This document shows positions 39,575 through 54,159 of a stretch of 64,000 bases of DNA, in pieces. Source of the DNA: Bigelowiella natans CCMP2755 (lineage: Eukaryota > Protista > Cercozoa); the NCBI GenBank assembly GCA_000320545.1, contig ADNK01000136.1:124001-188000 (forward strand), read 5' to 3'. Below the pieces are notes generated by a model. It was not told where the DNA came from and did not search any database. It saw only the letters and a program-made list of their open reading frames with translations. The translations under genes and the position numbers were made by a program. Each line of letters begins with the position of its first letter. Positions within the stretch are counted from its first letter, which is position 1.

Positions 39575-39616
<42 letters not shown>

Positions 39617-40362
39617 TTGTATAATAAAAATAAAAATAATGATAATAATAATCATCACATCGCAATTTTGGTTTTATCATCATAACTATTGTCCCCACCC
39701 TTCTTCTTATTCTTCTTATTCTTCTTCTTCTTGTTGTTGTTGTTGTTGTTGTCGTTGTTGTTGTTCTTCTTCTTCTTGTTCTCTATTACCTAAATGTGAT
39801 GACACCTATGGATCCTGTGACCGTTGTTGAGGAAGCAAAGATCTGAAGAAGGAGTAGTACCATAAATGGCAATCAATATGTCTTTTCTTACAACAACGAC
39901 GATAATAGAGACAAAGAGGACACTACTAACGCTGTTGACAATATGGACGAATATCTTGATTCAAAGCACCAGCAGCTTTGTTGTTAAGACCAATCACTTA
40001 TCCCTCCTCCTCCTCCTACTATCCCTTAGCTAGTTCTATTTTCAAATAAAAACGATGATTGATTCACCACCTCTTCAGCCCCCATGGCAATATAATATCC
40101 TCCTGTCATCATCATCATCATCATCATCATCATCGTTATCATCATGCATCAATTCGTTGAACAACAAGCGGTAAGTGGTAGTAGTAGTAGTAGTATTTTG
40201 TGCTCAACATGACGGATGATGAGGGAGGGAGGAAGGAAGGGAGGGGGGAGGGGGGAGGAGGGTTGTATATTACTACTACTACTACTACTGCTCCTACTAG
40301 ATAGACTAGATTATAATGATGGCATGGCCATCCTAACGTTGTGCATTATCATCACCATCAAT

Positions 40363-40401
<39 letters not shown>

Positions 40402-42672
40402 AAACAACCTGATGCTGCTACGTCGCCCATACTAGCGACAACAGGCATCTGTTTGCCGAGAAGACATACTGACCTTTATTCAATAATTGAATACATTATT
40501 ATAACAGATGGTGACTGTCATCATCATTATCATCGTCATCATCGTTTGTTATAATATAGAAACAACGGCCGGTCGCAGCAGCAATTTCGTCGTTGTCGTC
40601 GTCGTCATGATCCTCTTTCAACGATGAGACGATGATAGGGATGATACATCATAGTAATAACATGCGAATGTCATTGTTAAGAGCATCTTCATTGTCCCGA
40701 TGTAGGGTTTATCAGTGAATGTTAGTAGCAGTAGTTGTTAAAGTAGTGTTAGTAGTAGTATGTACTACCTCCAAATAGCATCAGATGCGAGTGCGGATCC
40801 TCCTGGAGAGTCAATCTAGGTTGAAGATGTATAAGAACGTAATTAATATCAACCAAAAAAACTACTACTACTACTACTACTGCTACGTGTATGGGTTATT
40901 AGCGGGAAAAAGAACAAGAATAATAAGAATGAGCTACCATCTCCTCCTGCTGGCTGTTGGTATGTGTAGTAGGTACTAGTAATAGTGATAGTATTTATAT
41001 CTCATCATTTCCTCATCACCCGCAAAACAGCAGCATCAACATCTTTGCGTTTTGCAAGTGCTTCCAACGCTTCGATCTACAGGGAATGATGATGATGATG
41101 ATGATAATGATGATGATGCGAGGAGTAAGTAGCGAAACACTGTTGTTCAAAATGGATACATATATATGTACATACATGCTCACATGCATACATGCATACA
41201 TGCAGAAGTTATCTCTTCTTCTTCTTCTTCTTCTTCATCTTGATCTTCTTCTAGTAATATTTTCAACCATAGGCTCTGATGCAACGGTTCCTCTTCTTCC
41301 ACCTTTACCATCCTGTGATGATAACCATCATTATTAATACCATTGTTTATCGCTGCTATGATGATGATGATGATGATGATGATGATATCATTGGTTTGAC
41401 GAGCCAACAATATAGCATAAATGACCAGGGTGTTTTATAAGATAAGATAACACTTGACAGTGCACTACTCTACATACTTCTGGATCTTAGTCGTCGTCGT
41501 TGCATAAAGAAGCAGCAGCAGCAGCAGTAGAGAAGGTGTGAAATTGTTTGTTCGTCAGCTATCAATGAATCACCTGAATGGTACCCAACACAGGCACTAC
41601 TGCAATTCCTGGAGTCACATTCTTTCGCAGGAATATGCGTGATATATAATCTTTCTTCGGTGACAATCCTGATATGGAAGAAGACCAGATATCATTGTGC
41701 ACCATCAGTCTCTCAAATACAAATTATAATTTGTCATCACAAAGGAGTCGTAACAACTATTTATGATGTACATCGTCGTCATCATTTTATCCAACAATCA
41801 ACAAGAACACCTAGGTCGGTTGAAGATACATTTCGATAACTCTTATCATCAATAACCCTAATAATCATAATATATCACCAGGCCTCAAGACAATAAATGA
41901 TGATAATGCAGAGAACTACGATCATGATCATTATCTTCAGTTTGAAAGTTGAAGTTGATTCCTATCTAATGACTTGCCCCCCATTATGCTTATTGGTTGA
42001 ATCAAATGGCTTCTTTTCATGCACGGCAACAATAATAAATTTTTCGAACATCATTGTCTTTTGTGAGTCGTCATTTTCTCCATTTCCTCCATCCTTCTTT
42101 TGAGATGTTTCCTGCTGCTGATATTTTGGAAGAGAAGCAATTTGATATCAAACAACTCTCTTTTGCAATCCGAGGGGCATCATATCCACGACAAATATCA
42201 CACGTAACAACTACTGTTTCAATCAAAGTTAAAAGCGTACCGAACGGTGTCCATCATCATTACCATCATCATCACCAAGCAAACAACCAACTTTGGCAAC
42301 ACACTACCACACCATGATTTTGGCCATAACTTGGTCTTTATAAAGAACACCCGTAAGAAGATTGCACTCAACCTGAACAAGATGACGAAAAATAATAATA
42401 ACACGAAGAAATAAGAAGGGAAACGAATATTTGGCGGCTGATTCTTTTTATTTTGCACAAAGAAGACAGTAGGAAACAAATTGAGAGGAGGAGGAAGAGG
42501 AGGAGTTTATGATCCTCCTGTTTCAACTTCATCATCTGCATTTGAAAACAACTGATGACTGACGGACTGACAAGTGCATTCTACTAGTAGTACTAAGCAT
42601 ATCAGGAGTAATATGATGATGATGAGGAGGAGGAGGACGAGGAGGAGGAGGCCTTGATCACATGATAATTAT

Positions 42673-42704
<32 letters not shown>

Positions 42705-43589
42705 TCAAATGAGGAGTATAAGCAGAATCATCAGCCAGTCATCTACTCACTGCACTCAGCAGCAGCTTACTACTACTACTACTACTACTATTACTACTTC
42801 TACTACTACTACTACTATACCAAATCGGATGCAGAGGAAGGAGCTTTTGAAATGATCTCAGAGATTTCATCCTGGGGTGTACAAGATTATTATGAAACGG
42901 TAGGTGGACGATGACTTCTTATTGTTACTACGAGGATGATGCTACTACTTCTGTCAAACAAGGAAGAATCGCCGATGATGAGCCTACTACTACTACCACC
43001 ACCACCACCACCACAAAACCAGGTGCTCGCCTAGCAATATTTGAAACTAGTAGTAGTAGTAGTAGTAGTAGTTGTAGTACCTTATTTGCTTCCAGAGATT
43101 GGGATAAGATATCAATATAGCGAGCTCGCATGTCTTCTCGTAGTAACCGACTTCTTTCTCGCACCTGAAGCAGAAGAAGCAGCAGCAGCAGCAAGAAAGG
43201 GAAGAAGACAAAGAAAAATAACAAGAAGAACAAGAACAGACGAAGGAACAGCAGCGACTCAGTGCTGTGAAGATGGTAAAATGTACAAAACCTCGCACCA
43301 TAGGCAAACATTCCTATGATATCTGAACAGCAGCAGCAGCAGCAGCTAACTAATTAAGTATCACCTCCTGAGGTAGCCCTTTGCCATCTTTCCAATCTGC
43401 TGCTAGTGCATGACCTCTTCGGAGCATTTAACATCATCATGTCGTGTTTGTTCGTTAATTCTTTTTTTTTTTCCATTCTTCTTCTTCTTTCATCTTCGAT
43501 TTTATAGACGAAGAATAGCTCCTCTAATAAATAACTACTAACCCCTTGTATTTGCCTCTTTGGAAGACCTAATCGATGATCGAAATGAG

Positions 43590-43620
<31 letters not shown>

Positions 43621-43753
43621 AATGATGATGATGATGATGATGATGATGAGAAAAACCGTGCTCATAGAAGTAGTAGTAGTAGTAGTAGAAGAAGAAGACG
43701 AAGAAGTAGCTATAGTGGTTGTCATTGTAGAAAGTAGGGACGCACAAACGTCG

Positions 43754-43785
<32 letters not shown>

Positions 43786-44719
43786 CATAATATATTGGAA
43801 ACGATATATTCCTGGTATGTTAGTCCGAGTAGTACATAAATACGTACGTACGTGCTCCGAGTAGTACATACATACATACATACATACATACGTACGTACA
43901 TACGTACATACGTACCTCGGCCTTTATGCCTGCTTTCTCTCCAAGTCCAGAGAATAGAAACTTGCAGCACATAGAGATAGTAGTAGTAGTAGTAGTAGTA
44001 GTAGTAGCACAGCATTTAAGGTAATGAAGAGACGATGATGATGATGATGATTATCATTATTATGATGATGATGATGATGAAGTGGGTTGATGTTATTAAT
44101 TACAAAAGAGTTGCTGAATCCGTTCAGAGATACGTAAGCTCCAGGGGGTGCGTACGCCTAACATCTCAATCAAATTAACATTCTTATATTTGCTCATTTA
44201 TAAACACTTCATTCTTCACGCTGATATCTTCTTCTTCTTCTTCTTCGTTGAAACTTCTACTATCTACCTCTGTGCAAGCAGAAGCTACAGCAATCTCCTT
44301 CTCAGCTCCCATCTGATATAATGATGATGATGATGATGATGATGGTAGTGGTGATGATTGTCGGGGAACAGATGCTCAAGGATGATGAGACACAACTCGT
44401 GCATTATTCTTTTCTGAACTACTGACCTCAACGAAGGCAATAATTCGTTTCTTAGTAGATCTAAAAATCCTATAACAGGAATCATCATATATGGGTAGTA
44501 GTTCTCTTCAGTATGATATTTCGACTTTGCCATCATCATCATCATCATCATCACCATCATGTAATCACTCAGTAGTCTACTACTACTACCACTACTACCT
44601 TATTGCGCTTATTAACTCCTCTACCCGAGCAAACCCACATGGCAATGGCTTGACCTAAACATGCATGCAGTAGCGTGATCGTAGTATCAGTATATACCAG
44701 TATGAGCATCAGTATGTGG

Positions 44720-44775
<56 letters not shown>

Positions 44776-46114
44776 AAAATGGTGATATACTTAGTTTCAC
44801 ATAAGAAACACAACACCATTTGTTGTTTGTTATACTACAAAATATGGATAAATGGTGTTAGAAGGAAAACAATGGTGCGTGCATTATTAGACCACCGTGA
44901 GAAACACAGAATCGATCAGCGGGTCCTTAGCCGCTCGATATCTGGAGTGCGCGTTAAACAAATAGCATATGTACTTATTGTTTCACTCAACAATGCATGC
45001 ATGCATGCACCATCACGAAACAAATTATTCTTACAAAGTGTCACAGATCTCCGGAAGTGAGGGTCCTGGTATAGTGTGGTTATTGTGTTAGTAGATCATC
45101 GGGATATATTTACTGCTGCTGCTGCTGCTGGTGGTGGTGGTGGTGGTGGATACGAGAACAATGACAACATTAGCCAAACAACCCTTTGATTCCCGGCCAG
45201 GAGATATCAACAGCGAGGGTCTTCTCCTTAAAACCATCATCATTATTTAAGCGAGAAAGCGAGGAGTAGCAACCATGTATGTTGAACCAAGAAAATATTA
45301 AGCTATATAATCATCACGAGATTAGACTGTTTTGTAGCAACACTGAATGTGAGTTAGTACCGATGGGGGAGATCTCCTGAGACTTCAAGATGAAGCTGGG
45401 CCTTTTTCTTGGTTATACTTCTCCATACTTTTGAAGTAACAATGTTAAGCTGTGCAACAAACACCAGATGATGTGCCAAGTAGTTAGACGAGTCAAAATA
45501 TTGAGCTTGACAAACCGTATGATGTGTCGGGTGGTTATAAGATGATTTAGGTATAATTTGTTGAGAAGTTAGAGGAGTCAAAAATATTGAGCTTGACAGT
45601 CAGATGAGTCGAGTAGTTAGAAGAGATTAGAAGTCAAAAATATTGAGCTTGGCAGATGTGTGGAGTAGTAAAAAGAGATGAGTTAGTTATCACCTTTTTC
45701 TTGTTTAAATGCACAAACTTTTCGTCATCTCCAAGAAGTTGCGCACCGCCCTTTTTATCCTTCTTGGTCACTGTTGTGTCGATGTGAGGTTTCTTCTCTG
45801 TCGTCTTCGTCGTGAATAATGCAGACTGGGAAGCAGCGATTCGTTGTCGGCTGGCTCTTCCAAAGCTGCTTTCGGTTTTATGTAAATACATTCTAGTACA
45901 AGTCATGCGTCTAACAGACCAGGGAGAATGGAGAATGTAACGATGCATCATATGCAGGTTACGTAAAGGGCGTGTAGTGGTATATGACTGGAGGAGGAGG
46001 AGGAGAAGGAGGAGGAGGAGGAGGAGGAGGGAAGCTGGATGAGTTAACTACGAGAAATCGAATGGTTCCGAGTATGTAGATGGCGAAGCTCCCGATGGAT
46101 CTCCTGATAACCAT
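37081..46114 (-). CDS. sppA: Plastid-type signal peptide peptidase SppA (protease IV, S49), many exons; start approximate
   Basis: Spliced GPSLPEICDTLYRAAKDP, VKPLPCGFAR, AYAPPGAYV, GEKAGIKAE|VFQRGKYKG, IDSPGGSALASD, PVVASMGDVAAS|GGYYIAM, TVTGSIGV, GLVDNIGGL. Confidence 0.88.
45470..45685. repeat. Degenerate intronic minisatellite, 3 units of gtcaaaa(a)tattgagcttg
   Basis: Units at ~45492, 45577, 45633 with related flanks, inside an SppA intron. Confidence 0.6.
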
Positions 46115-46400
46115 TGTCGCACAGATAAAATCCCATTCATTTGCCAAATAATGGATGGCGAAACTTATGATGTCTGTCCTCATAATCCATGTCGCACGTA
46201 CCCAGATCCCCTTCATTTACCAAATAATTAATCCTTCTACTGAACGCAATCTCTCCTAGGAAAATGGCGCCTGCAACACGCCGTACAAATCACTGGAATT
46301 GAGCTCCTTGTTCCATGTTTGGAGAAGGCGATGGGGTCAAATGGTTCAGACGAATTGGGAAATTTATAATCATTGTTATCTTGGTAAGAGCATCGACGCT

Positions 46401-47480
46401 TATGCCAGCAGGGGATGCCCCGGGCCATTCAATATTCAGCAAAGAAACGAAACTACTAAAAAAGGGATCGAGCAGATCAATGTCAAAGAGGCTTTTGAAG
46501 GCAATGGGTATCACAGGAACGGGTAGATTTAGCTGGAAGAAGAGGCAAAATTTAACGGAAACATTTAATGGACTGGATGTACGCCACGCTACGAAATCTC
46601 TCAAACTGTACGTGCAAGTTAGAACACATATTACCACAGCATCTTACACTTAATCAAATCTAGGGAAGAAAAGAAAAGACTAAAACTAAAGGCAAGTCAC
46701 AAGAATTACATGAAGGTGAAGCATGAGTATGCGAAAACCGCAACAACAGTTGAACATTCCCCAGTACACCATGACGATGTACGCATGTACCACCCTTAGG
46801 CTTGGAGGGTTGAGAACCCGGATGACAATACAAGGTGGTGGTGGTTACGGATTCATTACAATTTATCCTCTATGACAGTAGCACTATTGTTCTTTTTCTA
46901 GGGAGGAGGTGGATCTGAAGCGAAAAGTGAAGAGAGGACTTGTACACCCAAATATCGTGAAGAGGAAAGGAGATGTGAGTACAGCACACTTATCCACACA
47001 ATCGTATTTATAAAATTTAGTACCGATGAATTAAATTAAATTCACCTAGATTTATGATTTGTTTTATGCACCCGGCGAAATATATAAATAAATATATCTA
47101 AATTAAATATATACATATATTCTTCGATATGCTACTAAAAGCATATTACTTTACATTTTTAGAAGGCTTCTTCGCTTTTCCGTCCATTGAGTATGTACCG
47201 ATCCACTGAGTCCAAACGACCAAGGGTTTCACTTCGAGGCAAATCATGGGAACAAAAAATGAAGATTCTAGAGAATGTAATCATAAGCATTTACACGGGT
47301 TGGATATTTTCTGAACCTTTCCTCCTTCAGGTACAATTTCCGGGATTCGAAAAAATTGGGGAATATCGAGATATATAAGTAATTTTGCAATGACAATCAG
47401 TTCCTGCATTTTAGTGATAGAGAGATTTTACTATTTTGCAGCATCGATGAATCTGGTAGATGTGTTGAACATGTTTTTGA
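46401..47480 (+). CDS. Hypothetical basic protein, multi-exon, boundaries uncertain
   Basis: GT-AG bounded segments ...HATKSLKL|EEKKRLKLKASHK..., KASSLFRPLSMYRS...KILEN|VQFPGFEK; no family recognised. Confidence 0.4.
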
Positions 47481-48413
47481 CAACATTAATATGTAGCATA
47501 GCCACATGTACTGAAATATGGGCTAGGTTTATAGTCCAATGATAATGCAATCGCATCGATCAGCTTGTTTTGAGCAGATGCTGGTAGATTGAAAACTTAG
47601 ACGGTAACACCCATGCGAATCGTCGCGCATGCCTTCAATATGACATACACCTTTCTATTTGTGGCATGCACTCTACTAACCTGCTTCATGACCTCAGACC
47701 TCTCTGTTTTGTGAGACGGATGTAATGAAATGTTTAAATTTTTTCAATGGTCATCCTAATGTAGCTGTGCAGTACAGCGGCTACAGCGCTTAAATTGTGT
47801 CTGTTTGATTCCCTGGTCACGTTTTGCATGCATGAAAATGCATTGCGATTTGGTCTAGCATGTCGTGCATTGCGCGCAGCTGCACTTTTTGTACATGACA
47901 CATTTATTGACGAAGCGCTTGCATGTGCTGCATGTTCGTCCGTGATTGATGCATGCGTACGTTGCTCCCTTAGCTGCACACGCTAGCACGCAATATCACA
48001 TTACAGTTGAGACCTACTTCGAGATCTGTAATAATGTGCGTGCCTCAAGCAGCGCAAACGCCTTTCTATCTTATACCACACACCAGCAGCAGATGGAGCA
48101 ACGGCATCGATCTAGTATCTTGGCCATACAACGCTATGCATGCTAGAAAGTGTAACAACAAATATTGACATCAAGAGATACCAGATATGTATGCTTTGTC
48201 TTCAATCTGATCGTGATGGATTCGATGAGCCTGTCTTGTTGCCGCGCGCTACTATAGGCTAGCCAATGTGGTAGGCCCAGGTGCATCAATAATGAACAAC
48301 TTCGTCGAGCAAGCGGACTGCAGATTTTATTATGAAATTCACATGATCATGACTAATTGGTGGCGCTGCAATGAAACCTTTTCATGTGGTACTTAATGTC
48401 CAATATCATGTAC

Positions 48414-51273
48414 CTAGTCCTTTTTCTTTCTTCTGACAGACAAAATAGATGACGTTGAAAACGGAATTGAATCTTCATCGTCTGCCGATAAGAGCCACTG
48501 AAAGAGCTGTGGTAGACCATGCGCCTCCCAGCCGTCAGGACAATCCTCCGTATGTAAAAATGATCCTGGGTATTGCTCCTTCACACACCAAGTAGCTTCT
48601 GTACCACTCGAAACATTGAATGGATTCAAGCGTGGCCCTATGATTATATACTCAGACACTGATGTAGCTTCTTCTCTCCACCTTTTGGTCCAGTCTTCAC
48701 GATAAGGCATCCAAGCGCAGAGAACAATTGATGGTTTTAGTCGTTTGATTGTTTGCAGCTGCGGTTCCAATGCTACTCCATGTGGTATACCATCCCTTGT
48801 TTCATCGAATACTCCTGTACTCAAAGTTGTCGCTTCGAGATCTACACCGTTGTTGCGGAGTGCACGAGCTAGAGTGCCAAGACCTGCTCCAACTTCCACA
48901 ATAGGCCCAGCACTTACGTCACCAGCAGATGCAGCGGCGGCATCGTAATTTGCCTTACGCTTCTTTAAGTACGCAGCTAAATCTCTCACAAATTCCTTTG
49001 TGAGAACTTGGTAGTAACGAGAATTTCTTAGCCAGAGAGAGAGTGGAGAAGCTGCGGAGAAGCTGCAAGCTTGTTGAAACGCATGTTTGGCATCTTCGTA
49101 ACGCAAGGATAGCCCCTTCTCACGATTGAGAAGCTTTTCCTGGCATTTCTCAAGATTCTGCATGCGTGTCATCATGAGCGCATTTCCTCCTGTTGGCGAC
49201 GCAACTTGATGATATTTCTCTTTGCCCTTCCACCGTCGAAGCTCGAATAGCTCGGAGAAGAAAGAAAAGGACGGCAACTGAACTTTCTCTTTGGAATCTA
49301 TTGTAATGTCGGATATGCATAATGAAAAAGAGTTATGATGTGTTTTCACCACTGGTGCAGCAACATTAACAATGTAACGACTTATGATGATAAACTACAA
49401 CAGTGCAGCATTGATACAGCTTGTCGATTTTCATTATCCTTTCTCTTCTAGTTGCTTTTCACGGATTAAGAGGACAGTATTCTAATTAGAGGAGAGGGAG
49501 GAACCTTTTTCTTCTGCTTCCTCTTCTTCTTCCCCGTTGATGACGACAATATGGTAGTGATTGTTCTTCTTCAACTGCTTTTGAATTTCTTCCCTAGTCT
49601 GTTTCTGGGGCAAATTCTTTCCTTCTTTTCTTCCTGACGATGATATCGGTTGTTTTGGTTGTCTGAGAGACACTTTACCCGAGATTATAGGAAGATTCCT
49701 ATAGAGCCAATGATACTTTTCCTGTGGAATACTAGCGAGAAAGGCACATGCTGGAAGGTCACGCAATACTGATCTCATTAGAAACTCCGGTCCCTTCTTC
49801 GCAGCGATGTTTGATAGGTCCTCTATGTACGTAGTAGCTCCATCTTTTGTCAGTGAACGTAAGTATTCTTGTTTTGGATACTCAACTACACATGCGAACG
49901 TTCTCTTCTCTTCCGCCATCATTTTCTTCTCATTTTTTCGTGTTTCTTTCCCACTTTGCTGGCAGTGATCATTGCTGCCGTTTTTATTTTTCTTATTTTC
50001 ATATGTTTCTTCTTCCCTCACCTTTGACTCTGCCCCTGATATGCAACAGCATCACTTTTTCAAAAAAAACTTTGTCTATGATGGTATCCTACATTACGTT
50101 GTGCAGTGAATGTGTCTTTGTGTGTGTGAGTGTATTGTCCAAATGCTTCAATTCGCTTGTGGTCGCGATGACGACGTTTACGACTACAGTACCCATAAAT
50201 TCAATTACAAAGAAAGGGAGGTGTTAGAAGTACTCATGAGCTACTGTTGCTTAGTTAGGTGTGTATCAATGCTTTTATAATAGCAAGCACTTTTTGTTGC
50301 TGGATCTTTGTCGTCGCCGTTATCACCCTTCTCTTGTTCTTTTTCAACCTGCTTTCCCTCAACAAGCTCGATATAATACATCTTGGCCTGTATAGCCTTC
50401 TCAATATCCTCCATGGGGATTCTGCCTCCATATTTTAAGTTTATGGGAACAGAAGGCCCGGCAGATGGCTGATACTTCTTGAGGTTGATGGACTTAACTC
50501 GAAAGCTCTTCCTTTCGTTAACAAATCTACCTCCCTTTATAGCACCCTGAATCATAAGTGCATCTTCATCGCCGTAAAGTATAAAATGGAAAATAGGAAG
50601 AATGGCTAAACCGTCAATGGATAGAGAGATTAACTATTAGCCAATTAGACACGAAGATTACTACCATAAACATAATCTCGACAACATATCTGCCCTCGCT
50701 AGTACTATCCTTCTTAGGAACAGTAAGAACTTCGCCCTTTCTCCCATTAAGATGTTGAGCTTTTGCCAAACTGTGAATGAAATAACTTCTTTTGGTAATT
50801 CATAAAAAAAAAGACTGCAATGATGCTGCCTAATAGGATGGTGTTTCACTCATTGATGATTTTGGTCGAACGTACACAAGCGGCGGAAAGACAGTGAGGG
50901 AAGAAAATTTGTTTCTACCCATGCAGCATGACCAGATCCCCAGGGCGAAATTCACTATCAGCAGGATTCCGATGAGCGCCCTTTTCCTCCAAATTCTGGT
51001 GTTTTGGTTGAGGCGGTGTTGATAGGAGGCCTGATTTTATCTTCTGGGCGAATTCAGGTGGAAGCTTATCAAGGATTGGCGAGGACTGTCCCGTAGTAAT
51101 GGCTCCTGGTAAATAGCATTGCGTGTCAAAGCAGCCCGATTAACTGATCATCTTATAAACCAAAAATCGCTACCGAGAGCTTGAAGAAGCTCAGACGGGG
51201 ATACACCCAGTTGGCGCGCTATGGGAGCTATTTGTGCCACCATAGAGCTTTTTTTAACTCCTTTGCTGGGCAT
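48414..51273 (-). CDS. Protein with N-terminal HGL..LNG..GRY (SH3/KOW-like) module and C-terminal class I SAM-methyltransferase-like domain
   Basis: PGDLVMLHG|LAKAQHLNGRKGEV...GRYVV; C-terminal IVEVGAGLGTL, VLCAWMPYREDWT, EYIIIG; a phase-1 intron ~49504-49299 would join the parts. Confidence 0.6.
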
Positions 51274-51730
51274 TATTCCTTACCCCCTCCCTTTGATACT
51301 AGACGTGTTCGGAACAATGATGTGTAGATCTACGACTAATCACGGGTGATGGTGGTGATGATGATGATGAGGTGGTGATCGATGATGAAGTAAGTTTCCC
51401 CTAAAATAATCCTCCTCAAGCTCAGACAAAAACACATGGGGTTTTCTTCGACCGACATGTTGGATGTAGAAGTATTTGAAAGATATCCATAAGATCCGCG
51501 GATTAGAATGTCATTTTTCTAGGTTCCGACATCTGCCTCTAGCATAAATTAAAGGAAATATTTGGTTGCGACAAGCAAGCGCTCAAGTCGTAGTATTTCA
51601 TTGCAACAAATAACAACCAGTTGTCCTAAGTAATAATGGATGCGAACGCATCGTCCCTCCCACCTCGAGCCTATAATTGACTCTCTGACCGACTGAATAT
51701 TTTACGTGTACAGATTACTCCAGCATCCCC

Positions 51731-51975
51731 ATGTCTGAACCGACCTCCGCGGAAATCATAGCTTCTTTGAGGCAGCAGCTCGCTACCTGCCAACAATTGG
51801 GAATCAAACCTGTCTCGAAGCAGAAGGCCAAAGGCGCACTGTATCAGAACGACAAAAAGGGTGCATTTAAGCGCAAAAACGCAGTCTTCACCAATGTTGT
51901 GAAGGAAGGGGGAGATTTCCCTCCTGAATCAGGTACTTTTTAATATTCTTGTGTACGACCAGCCGCACTCTCTCT

Positions 51976-52023
<48 letters not shown>

Positions 52024-53803
52024 GCTGTGGTGAAATAACATCGCCATTCTTTTCTTTTGAAGGTCGTTATGTTCTCTACGTATCCTACGCCTGTCCCTGG
52101 GCTAGCCGCTGCCTAGCGTTGCTTCACATGAAGAATTTGACACCACATATCGAAATCTGCTCTGTGTATCCAACTTGGGGAAGAACTCGTGAGAATTCGG
52201 ATGACATCCATGCTGGCTGGGTCTTCGTTGACCCCGAAGATAAAAAGCTAAACGTGACCAATACTGCTGGGTAGTATCATGACGACAATTTTATCGCACG
52301 ATTCAATCTAATAAAATATCTGGAAATTCGTGAAAGGTATGGGGAATACGGCCTGGTCGAATATCTCACTAAAGATACTGTCTTCGGCAAAAAAAGTAAC
52401 ATGATCTATGATTCACATCCAGCCCTTTTAAATAGTATAATTTTTTTCACCAAAGCTGTCAGGGATATCTATGAAATGCAAGATCAAGACACGCACACGT
52501 ACTCTGTCCCAATTTTCGTCGATAAAGAGACAAAGAAAATTGTATGTAACGAGAGCTCAATCATCGTTGAATTCTTGAACAGAGCTTTTAATAAGGTAGT
52601 CTACACAAATATATGTGTGCACAAGTTCTGCGATAAATCGGAAGTTCTGTGAGAAATCGGATAATGTCGGTTACTGCTTCACATAATCACCAACAACTAT
52701 TCAGCTTCCAGGCGTCAATGCAAGCTTGGATCTAAGCCCACCCCATTTAAAGGAGAAGCAAGAAGAAGTCAACAGCTGGATTTACCACGGTCAGTATTAT
52801 AGAGAGAAGAAATATCCTCACATTTAAAAATTCCCCATCCATCCTTATAACCATGAATCCCAACATCATCGGGTTTGACCGAGAGTATTCTTCACAGATA
52901 TCAACAATGGAGTGTACAAATGTGGATTTGCAAAATCGCAAGAAGCGTACGTCAGACCTAACCCTCTAAAAGGATATTGTGTGATACATCCATTCTTTTG
53001 TGTGATCATCATGCATAAGAATGTATGATTATGTTGTCACAGATACCAAGAAGCATTTTTTGCACTCTATGATTCCCTCGACAAACTCGAAGTATTCAAG
53101 TTAATATGAAGCAGTATGATGATGTTTCCTCATACAAGTTTTACCATCTATGCAGGATCATCTATCTAAGAACCGATATCTCTGTGGAAATAAATTGTCC
53201 ATGGCTGATATTCGCCTTTTCGTGACTTTGATCCGGTTCGACGAGGTAGTTGTTTTTCCTAATCTCTCTTTGCTTGTATTTTTACAATTTTTCCTATGCA
53301 AAAAACGAAAAAAACAGGTTTACGTGGTATATTTCAAGTGTAACGGCAAGCTGATTCGTGAATACCCAAACATCCTGGGATATACACGCGAAATGTAAGT
53401 GAAAAAGCTCGTTATCATTCCAATACTCAAAAACTCCAATGCCATGTATTCTCCTTTCTTAGATATCAAATACCTGGAGTCAAAGAAAGTGTGAGTTTCA
53501 CCCATATCAAGAATCACTATTACACAAGTCACCCTACCCACAACCTTTATGGTGTGATTCCTATCGGTCCCAGGGGTCTAAAGGTGAGAAAAAATGTTTG
53601 GCAAAAGTCATCACATTTCCAGCATCGAACTGAACTAATCTAATTGTTGAACAAAGGCGAATCGTAAGGATCCAAAGGCCATTGAAAACTTTTATCTCAA
53701 GCCTCATGGGCGTGGATGCAACAAAATGAAAAAGTTGTCAGGCTTCTTCATCTTCGCAGCTGGGATTGCTGCTGCTATTGTCATGCTGAAGAAGAGAGCT
53801 TGA
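51731..53803 (+). CDS. Glutathionyl-hydroquinone reductase (GST Xi class, YqjG/ECM4-like)
   Basis: GRYVLYVSYACPWASR, YSVP, CNESS, INNGVYKCGFA, ADIRLFVTLIRFD, HIKNHYYTSH. Confidence 0.92.
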
Positions 53804-54159
53804 GACATGAACCACAGGGGGAATTTAACGCATGGTGTCCGGCTGCAATCTGTTCTGTTTCCTGACTCACGTTCAATTTCATCTCTCGCTTGCTCGACGA
53901 CGTGAAGGCTGTGATGATGGGCATCTGGTGTCTGGTGGTGCCCAACACGCGCATCAAATGCCTTGTCGCGCTCGGCCGAAGTGTGTGAGAGTTTACAATT
54001 GCCAAATGATCGACTGGCGCTCTTGGGCTGAGAAATTTAATCTAGTAATTCGCGACATGCATGTTGACTAGCTACCAGACTAGATGACACTGAGCTAGCA
54101 GCGCAGCGACAAACGCCTGCAATTGACAGGTCTAGCATGCATTGTGCAGCTGTACGGCT

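Noticed and set aside
44285-44560. Nexin_C-like LEHLFPD reading
   Set aside because: Another frame splices cleanly into SppA (STKKRIIAFVE...MGAEKEIAVASACTE)
45470-45685. Repeat-spacer pattern resembling CRISPR
   Set aside because: Only 3 degenerate units, unequal related spacers, intronic, no cas genes
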